Positions 54,636 to 60,076 of a stretch of DNA of 60,076 nucleotides are shown here, piece by piece. The stretch comes from a virus (taxonomy: Duplodnaviria > Caudoviricetes). Positions within the stretch are counted from its first letter, which is position 1, and each line of letters opens with the position of its first letter. The stretch covers positions 1-60,076 of the IMG/VR virus record IMGVR_UViG_3300018933_000005. One strand, 5' to 3'. Made by a program: the position numbers and the translations under genes. Under the pieces are notes generated by a model. It had not been told where the DNA came from and made no database searches. It saw nothing but the letters and a program-made list of their open reading frames with translations.

Positions 54636-55550
54636 CTACGCAGAGAACGAGATGGTGAGCTTGCCGCCGGAGACGGCCATGTAGTCGCGGGGGCCGGTGG
54701 CGTAGATGGCCAGGCCCAGGGCGGTGCCGGAGGCGAGCTGGGAGCGCCACGATGCGGGCAGGCTCACGGTGCGGGACGCGCCGACGGAGAGCGACATGAT
54801 CTCCTCCGGTCCGGCGTCGAGGTCGAGCTGCCCGCCCGGCGGGGAGGCGTGGTTGTGGAGGTACACGTGCAGCGGCCTGCTGGCGTTGACGCCGCTCCCC
54901 CGCCGCCGGGTGAACGTCACCTTCATGTCGGCGACGGTCTTGCCGGCGCAGGCGTCGACGATCCGGCTGCCGTAGAACCACGCGCCGCGGCGGTTGCCGC
55001 CGCCGGTCCAGTCGCCCTGCATCGGGAAGTCGGCGTAGTCGTCCGGCCTCCCGTTCCGCCAGGACCCGGACGAGGTCGGGGAGATCGTCACGGTCTTCGG
55101 GGCCTGCGCAGGCGGAGCGTCCGGGGACGGGTCAACGACCGTGCCAACCTGGGCGTACAGTTCGACCTGTCCGGCCGCGGTCTTCCGCACGAACAGGTTC
55201 GTGGCCTGCTGCCAGCCCGATCCGGGCGGCCCGGCGGTGCCCCAGGTGACCGCGCGCACGACTTGGATGTCCTCGGCGATCTCCCGCACCGACGCCTCGC
55301 TGGCCTCGCCCGGGTCGGCGCCGACCTTGTACTCCACTACGGGCCGGGCGCCGAGCCGCACCACTACCCAGTCGCCGGCCTTCCGGCCCCGGTAGGCGGT
55401 CGAGCACGGCACGTCGGTGAGGAACGTGCCCTGCAGGTTGAGGTTGACCTTGCCGTCCTCGGTGACGTCGACGACCTCGGCCGAGACGCGGGCCGGCCCG
55501 TCGCTGCCGGTACGGGCCATCTGCAGGGCGAGGAGTTCCGCGGCGTCCAT
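54636..55550 (-). CDS. Minor tail protein
   Basis: OB-like N-terminus (Y.....GDWV.V), GAWFYG; synteny. Confidence 0.7.
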   Translation of the reverse strand: MDAAELLALQMARTGSDGPARVSAEVVDVTEDGKVNLNLQGTFLTDVPCSTAYRGRKAGDWVVVRLGARPVVEYKVGADPGEASEASVREIAEDIQVVRAVTWGTAGPPGSGWQQATNLFVRKTAAGQVELYAQVGTVVDPSPDAPPAQAPKTVTISPTSSGSWRNGRPDDYADFPMQGDWTGGGNRRGAWFYGSRIVDACAGKTVADMKVTFTRRRGSGVNASRPLHVYLHNHASPPGGQLDLDAGPEEIMSLSVGASRTVSLPASWRSQLASGTALGLAIYATGPRDYMAVSGGKLTISFSA

Positions 55551-56707
55551 CACAGCCTCCTCGTCGTGGTGCGCGTCGAGCAGGACATCGACGGGGCGCC
55601 GAGCGTGTAGGACAGGGAGTCGATGAGGTGCCGCTCCCAGCGACCGGGCTCCACCTCCACCTCGACCACGTCGCCCGGCTCCAGCGCGGGGTTGCACACC
55701 GCGGTCAGTGACAGGCTCGCCTGCATGCCGAGGCTGTCGGCGAGCTTCGCGCGGGCCACGGCCTGGGCCTGCGACATGGAGGTGATCAGGGCGTCGGAGT
55801 GGCGGGCCACGCGCAGCCGCACCCAGTGCAGGCCCTCCCGCTGTGCCGCCAGCGGATCCTGGATCGGGTCCGGCCCGGCGTAGGTCAGCGAGTTGGGGTC
55901 GTCGTCCCAGGCGTAGGCGGGCCCGACCGCCGCGCTGCCATCCGAGGAGTCGCCGGAGACGGCCCACACGTTCGCGAGGCCCTCGGAGGACTGCTCCTGC
56001 TGCGGCTCGACTAGGACCCCGCCGGGGCCCGCGCCGATCCGCCACACCACCGGGTCGCTCAGGGTGGGGACGGGGCCGACGGTGATGATGCCGCGGGCGT
56101 CTGCCCAGATCTCTCCCGCCAGGGCCTGGGCGATGCCGGTGCCCTGTCCGGTGGAGTCCGTCCCGGCGGACAGCACGCTCCAGCGGTCCTCCTCTGCGAG
56201 GATCTGCGGCACGAGCGTGTCGGGGTCGACGCCAGCGCGCCAGGCGACCGAGGCTCCGGGCAGAGCCTCCGTGACCAGCGTCTCGATCAGGTCCTTGGCT
56301 TTGCCGGGGCCGATCCGGCGGGGCGCCGGGAAGCCCGCGGCGCGGAGTTCGTCTTCGATGCCGTTGAGCTCGACCTCGATGCCGGTGCGGCTGGCGCGGG
56401 GCCGGTCGATGGTGTACCGGCCGGCCGGGAACCACACCGGCGAGGACCTCGGGAGCTGGATGCCCTGCCAGAGGCGGACGTTGGTGGAGATGGGGTTGAT
56501 GCCGTCCCGGCCCAGCGTCACGCCGGTCAGGGTCGCGGACCCGGTGTAGCGGGCCTCCGCGGCGCGGGAGGCGGTGATCTGCGCGCTGCCCGCAGCCAGC
56601 CCGCACTCGGTCCACGACAGCCCGCCGTCGTTGCTCCACTCCGCCCGGTAGGGGCGGCCGACGGCCTGCGGCAGCGCCGCCAGCACCTGCGCGCTGATGC
56701 GCAGCAC
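55550..56707 (-). CDS. Minor tail/baseplate hub protein (DUF5047-like)
   Basis: EEDRW...WADARG...NPALEPGDVV. Confidence 0.75.
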   Translation of the reverse strand: MLRISAQVLAALPQAVGRPYRAEWSNDGGLSWTECGLAAGSAQITASRAAEARYTGSATLTGVTLGRDGINPISTNVRLWQGIQLPRSSPVWFPAGRYTIDRPRASRTGIEVELNGIEDELRAAGFPAPRRIGPGKAKDLIETLVTEALPGASVAWRAGVDPDTLVPQILAEEDRWSVLSAGTDSTGQGTGIAQALAGEIWADARGIITVGPVPTLSDPVVWRIGAGPGGVLVEPQQEQSSEGLANVWAVSGDSSDGSAAVGPAYAWDDDPNSLTYAGPDPIQDPLAAQREGLHWVRLRVARHSDALITSMSQAQAVARAKLADSLGMQASLSLTAVCNPALEPGDVVEVEVEPGRWERHLIDSLSYTLGAPSMSCSTRTTTRRL

Positions 56708-56708
56708 C

Positions 56709-57587
56709 TCAGATCGCTCCGTTCACCGCGGCCGACGCCCACGACGGATAAGAGGCGGCGAACGCATCCCAGGTGGCGAACTGCTCGCCGACCGCATCCC
56801 ACGACCAGCCCGGCACCCGCAGCGGCTGCCCGGCGGTGTCCGGCCGGGCCACCTCGGTCACCTGCGCGGTGAACGTCCGCGGCTGGTCCGGGGTGGACAC
56901 CGTCGACTCCTGCGGGTTGCCGAACAGCACATAGAGGTCGGGCCGGTGGTAGCCGGGCAGGGTCTGGATCAGCCGCACCCCCGGCGTGGTCAGCAGCTCC
57001 CGCAGCGCCTCGATCTGGGCGCCCTCGGCGTCGATGGTGATGTCGCTGGTGCTGGCGGAGTAAACGTCCTGGCTGGTGGAGGGGTAGCGGGAGCCCTGCA
57101 CCTGCGCGGACTCGATGCGGGACTCCCACTGCAGTGTCGGCCACGACAGCACCGTCACCCTGGCCGAGAGGCTGGGGTCGTCGATGCTCTTGATCCACAC
57201 GTCCGCCGGAGGTGTCGGCGCGGGGACCGTGACCGCCACGGACGAGGACGGGCCCTCCGTCCCGTCGGCGTAGATCGCGGTCGCGGTGTAGGCGACGCCG
57301 ACCCCGAGCGGCGCCTCATGGTCGTAGGCCGACCCGACGCCGCCCACGGCCCACGCCGTGTCCCCGGAGCGGACCGGCACCGGGGACACGGCGCCCGGGT
57401 CCTGGCGGACGATCCGCACCCGCAGCACGTCCGCCGCGTCCGGCAGCGGGGTGCCGGCCGTGTAGTCCACGGCCAGCACCACCCCCGCGTGCGCCTCGTC
57501 CACCGCGGCGGTCAGCCAGCCGTCCGGGCTGACCACCGTCTCCGGAGGCGACACCTCCGGCGCCGACAGGTCCACGATCATCGGCAT
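56709..57587 (-). CDS. Distal tail (Dit-like) protein
   Basis: ATG 57587; follows TMP; DHEAPLG..Y, WIKS..DP. Confidence 0.7.
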   Translation of the reverse strand: MPMIVDLSAPEVSPPETVVSPDGWLTAAVDEAHAGVVLAVDYTAGTPLPDAADVLRVRIVRQDPGAVSPVPVRSGDTAWAVGGVGSAYDHEAPLGVGVAYTATAIYADGTEGPSSSVAVTVPAPTPPADVWIKSIDDPSLSARVTVLSWPTLQWESRIESAQVQGSRYPSTSQDVYSASTSDITIDAEGAQIEALRELLTTPGVRLIQTLPGYHRPDLYVLFGNPQESTVSTPDQPRTFTAQVTEVARPDTAGQPLRVPGWSWDAVGEQFATWDAFAASYPSWASAAVNGAI

Positions 57588-57601
57588 GGGGGGTGCCTCC
57601 T

Positions 57602-60076
57602 CTACTTCACTCCGGCCTGCAGGCGGCGACGAGCACGCGCGAATCCGGCCTGGACACGGCCTTCGGCGAGCGACTCGACGTAGGCGTCGAACTCGCGGTC
57701 GCCGATCCGCAGTGCCAGTCGGTCGCCCGGCTGGAGGCCGCCGCCGCGCTGCGCCGCTTCCTCCATCACGCGCCACTGCGGCGCGGTGAGCACAGCCTCG
57801 GGCCGGCCGGTGGCGTTGACGGCGAGCGTCGCGCCCGGCATGAGCCAGCCCCCGGAGTCGTAGCCCGCGGGCGGCCGGTTGGCGTTGGCCTGTTGGACGC
57901 GGGTGATGTTGCCGTAGCGCGCCACGATGTACCGGATCGACGCGGCCACGTTCCCGACCGGGTCGAGGATGCCCCTGCTCCGCAGCGACCGCGGCACGTA
58001 GGCGGCCCAGGTCGGCGGGATCGTCTGTGCGAGGCCCTGCGACGGGATCCCGTTGCGGGCGTTGATGTCCCACCGGTTGATGGCGCGCGGGTTCCACCCC
58101 GACTCGCGGGTGATCAGCGTGTTCATCCCGGCGAGCCACTGCGCGAGCGTGCCGGGCGGCGGCACCCCGGCTGCGGCGAGCGCCTGCATGATGATGGAAC
58201 GCCGCCGCCCAGACGGGATTACCCCGCCGATGTCGCCGCCTCCGCCACCGCCGTCGCTGAACCAGCCTGTCACCAGCTTCTTCAGGCCGCCGATGGCCAG
58301 CCTCGGCAGGCCGGCGACCATACGGCCCCAGCCTCCCGTGAGAGATGTCAGCTTGCCCGTGATCGGGCCCAGCAACTTCTCGAACGCCTTCTTCGGATCG
58401 GCGAAGAAGGTCTTCACGCCGCCCACCAAGTCGCCGATGATGCCGCCGCCGGCGAGGAGCTGTGCCCCGGCGGCCTGGTGCAAGGCCAGCGCCCGCTTGC
58501 GGTACTTCGGATCGGTGGGGATCACGTACTCCGGGTGCCGCGGGTTGCCCTCGCCGACGATCGCGGTCGGCCGGTTGAACACCCCGGGCCGCACCGGCAT
58601 CGGCCCACCGGAGGCCAGCATCGGCAGCGCCTTCAGCTTGGGTAGGCCCGGAATCCAGTCGCCGATCTTCTTCCAAATGCCGACGATGCCTTCGTTCCAC
58701 ACCACCCGGATCACCCAGTTGACGGGCTTCTTTGTCAGTTCCTTGATCTTGTTCCAGGCGGTGCCGATGGCGTCCTTGACCTTCCCGAACGCATCTCCAA
58801 CCGCTCGCACCCCGCGCTTGAGGGCGTCGAAGGCGGGCTTGATGACCCCGTTCCACGCGCCCGTGATGGCGCTCTTGATGCTGTTCCACACCGGGCGGAC
58901 TGCGTTGGTGTAGAGCCACTTGAAGGCGCTGCCGACGAGCCCGAGACCGGTCTTGACCAGGTTGAAGTAGACCTTGACGCCCGACCACCAGAGCTTGGCC
59001 CCGGCGACGATGAAGTTCCATACCGGCTTGATGGCCTTCTCCCACAGCCAGGTGGCTGCTGCTCCGACCGCGCGGAAGGCGGCTTTGACCAGGTTGAAGT
59101 AGATCTTCACCCCGGCCCACCACAGCTTGAAGCCCGCCACGATCCAGCCGATGACCGGAGAGATCGCGTTCTCCCACAGCCAGGTGAAGGTGGCGGCCAG
59201 CACCTTGACGCCGAGGATCATCGGGCCGAACACCACGATGGCGGCGATCACGCCGACGACCTTCAGGGCGGTGCCGATGAAGCTCAGGACCGGCTGGATC
59301 TTCTGCCACATCGACACTACGGCGTCCGACACCCAGCGCCATCCGGCGACCAGGCCGTCGATGACGGGCTTGAGGATGTTGTTCCAGGCCCAGGACGCGG
59401 CCTTCTGGATGCCCTCCCAGGCGCCCATCACGATGTTGCGGAACGTCTCGGACTTCTTCCAGGCGATGACCAGGGCCGCCCCGAGGGCGACCACAGCGAT
59501 CGCGATGAGCACGAACGGGTTCAGCGCCATCACCGCGTTCAGTACCGCCTGCGCGGCAGCGAAGCCGGACGTGACCGCGGTGCCGGTCAGGATCGCCGCC
59601 CGGTACACGGCGAACACCGCCGTGACCAGACCGGTGGCGATGGCCTGCGCGTTCAACGCCAGGGTCACGCCACCGATCAGGATGGCCAGCGGCGCCAGCC
59701 AGATGCCCCACTCACGGAACCAGTTCACGATCCCGGAGGCGGCATCGGCAGCGGCGATGATCGCGGGAACGAGGTTGTCGTTCGTCCAGCGGGCCACGTC
59801 CATGATGACCGGCAGCACCTCGTTGCCGATGACGGTCACGAAGCCCTGCTTCAGCGTCCGGACGAACACCTCGATCTCGTGCATAGGGCCGGAGTGCAGG
59901 GTGTCGCCGAGCCTCTTCGCCGAGCCGGACACGTCGTCGAAGACGCGGGTCGCCTTGCCCGGGTCCAGCGCGAACAGTGCGGCACCCAAGTCCTCAGCCT
60001 GGGTGCCGAACAGGCCGACCGCGGCGGCCTCCCGTGCGACCGGGTCCTCCATCTCGCGCAACTTGTCCAGCACGGT
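57602..60076 (-). CDS. Tape measure protein, C-terminal part with lytic transglycosylase (SLT) domain
   Basis: Trp-periodic repeats; ITRESGWNPRAINRWD.N...G.PSQGL.Q...T..AY; open at the right edge. Confidence 0.93.
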   Translation of the reverse strand, partial: TVLDKLREMEDPVAREAAAVGLFGTQAEDLGAALFALDPGKATRVFDDVSGSAKRLGDTLHSGPMHEIEVFVRTLKQGFVTVIGNEVLPVIMDVARWTNDNLVPAIIAAADAASGIVNWFREWGIWLAPLAILIGGVTLALNAQAIATGLVTAVFAVYRAAILTGTAVTSGFAAAQAVLNAVMALNPFVLIAIAVVALGAALVIAWKKSETFRNIVMGAWEGIQKAASWAWNNILKPVIDGLVAGWRWVSDAVVSMWQKIQPVLSFIGTALKVVGVIAAIVVFGPMILGVKVLAATFTWLWENAISPVIGWIVAGFKLWWAGVKIYFNLVKAAFRAVGAAATWLWEKAIKPVWNFIVAGAKLWWSGVKVYFNLVKTGLGLVGSAFKWLYTNAVRPVWNSIKSAITGAWNGVIKPAFDALKRGVRAVGDAFGKVKDAIGTAWNKIKELTKKPVNWVIRVVWNEGIVGIWKKIGDWIPGLPKLKALPMLASGGPMPVRPGVFNRPTAIVGEGNPRHPEYVIPTDPKYRKRALALHQAAGAQLLAGGGIIGDLVGGVKTFFADPKKAFEKLLGPITGKLTSLTGGWGRMVAGLPRLAIGGLKKLVTGWFSDGGGGGGDIGGVIPSGRRRSIIMQALAAAGVPPPGTLAQWLAGMNTLITRESGWNPRAINRWDINARNGIPSQGLAQTIPPTWAAYVPRSLRSRGILDPVGNVAASIRYIVARYGNITRVQQANANRPPAGYDSGGWLMPGATLAVNATGRPEAVLTAPQWRVMEEAAQRGGGLQPGDRLALRIGDREFDAYVESLAEGRVQAGFARARRRLQAGVK

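Overview
The window looks like an essentially complete, circularly permuted genome (~60 kb, very GC-rich) of a temperate actinobacterial siphovirus, most likely from a Streptomyces host. Both ends fall inside the tape-measure gene and attP is intact, so this is the excised or circular form. It has an HK97-type head and packaging module (HNH, TerS, TerL, portal fused to a MuF-like domain, protease, capsid), a long-tail module with a -1 frameshifted chaperone, a beta-helix tail spike and an amidase/LysM lysis cassette. It also has a cI/cro/xis/tyrosine-integrase switch whose attP carries the 3' end of an acyl-CoA dehydrogenase gene, and YqaJ/RecT, WhiB, a lambda-O-like initiator with iterons and a C5 methyltransferase. 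The most unusual feature is a Streptomyces plasmid/AICE-type conjugation kit inside this intact phage: a TraB-like FtsK translocase with a clt-like repeat array just downstream, an SpdB2-like membrane protein, an operon of small genes separated by a repeated hairpin element, a divergent operator switch, an active plus degenerate Nudix pair (compare pSAM2 Pif), a GntR-UTRA regulator (compare KorSA/TraR), and a second Xer-like recombinase with dif-like sites. This suggests a 'conjugative phage'. All family calls come from motif recognition by eye; no database searches were run.
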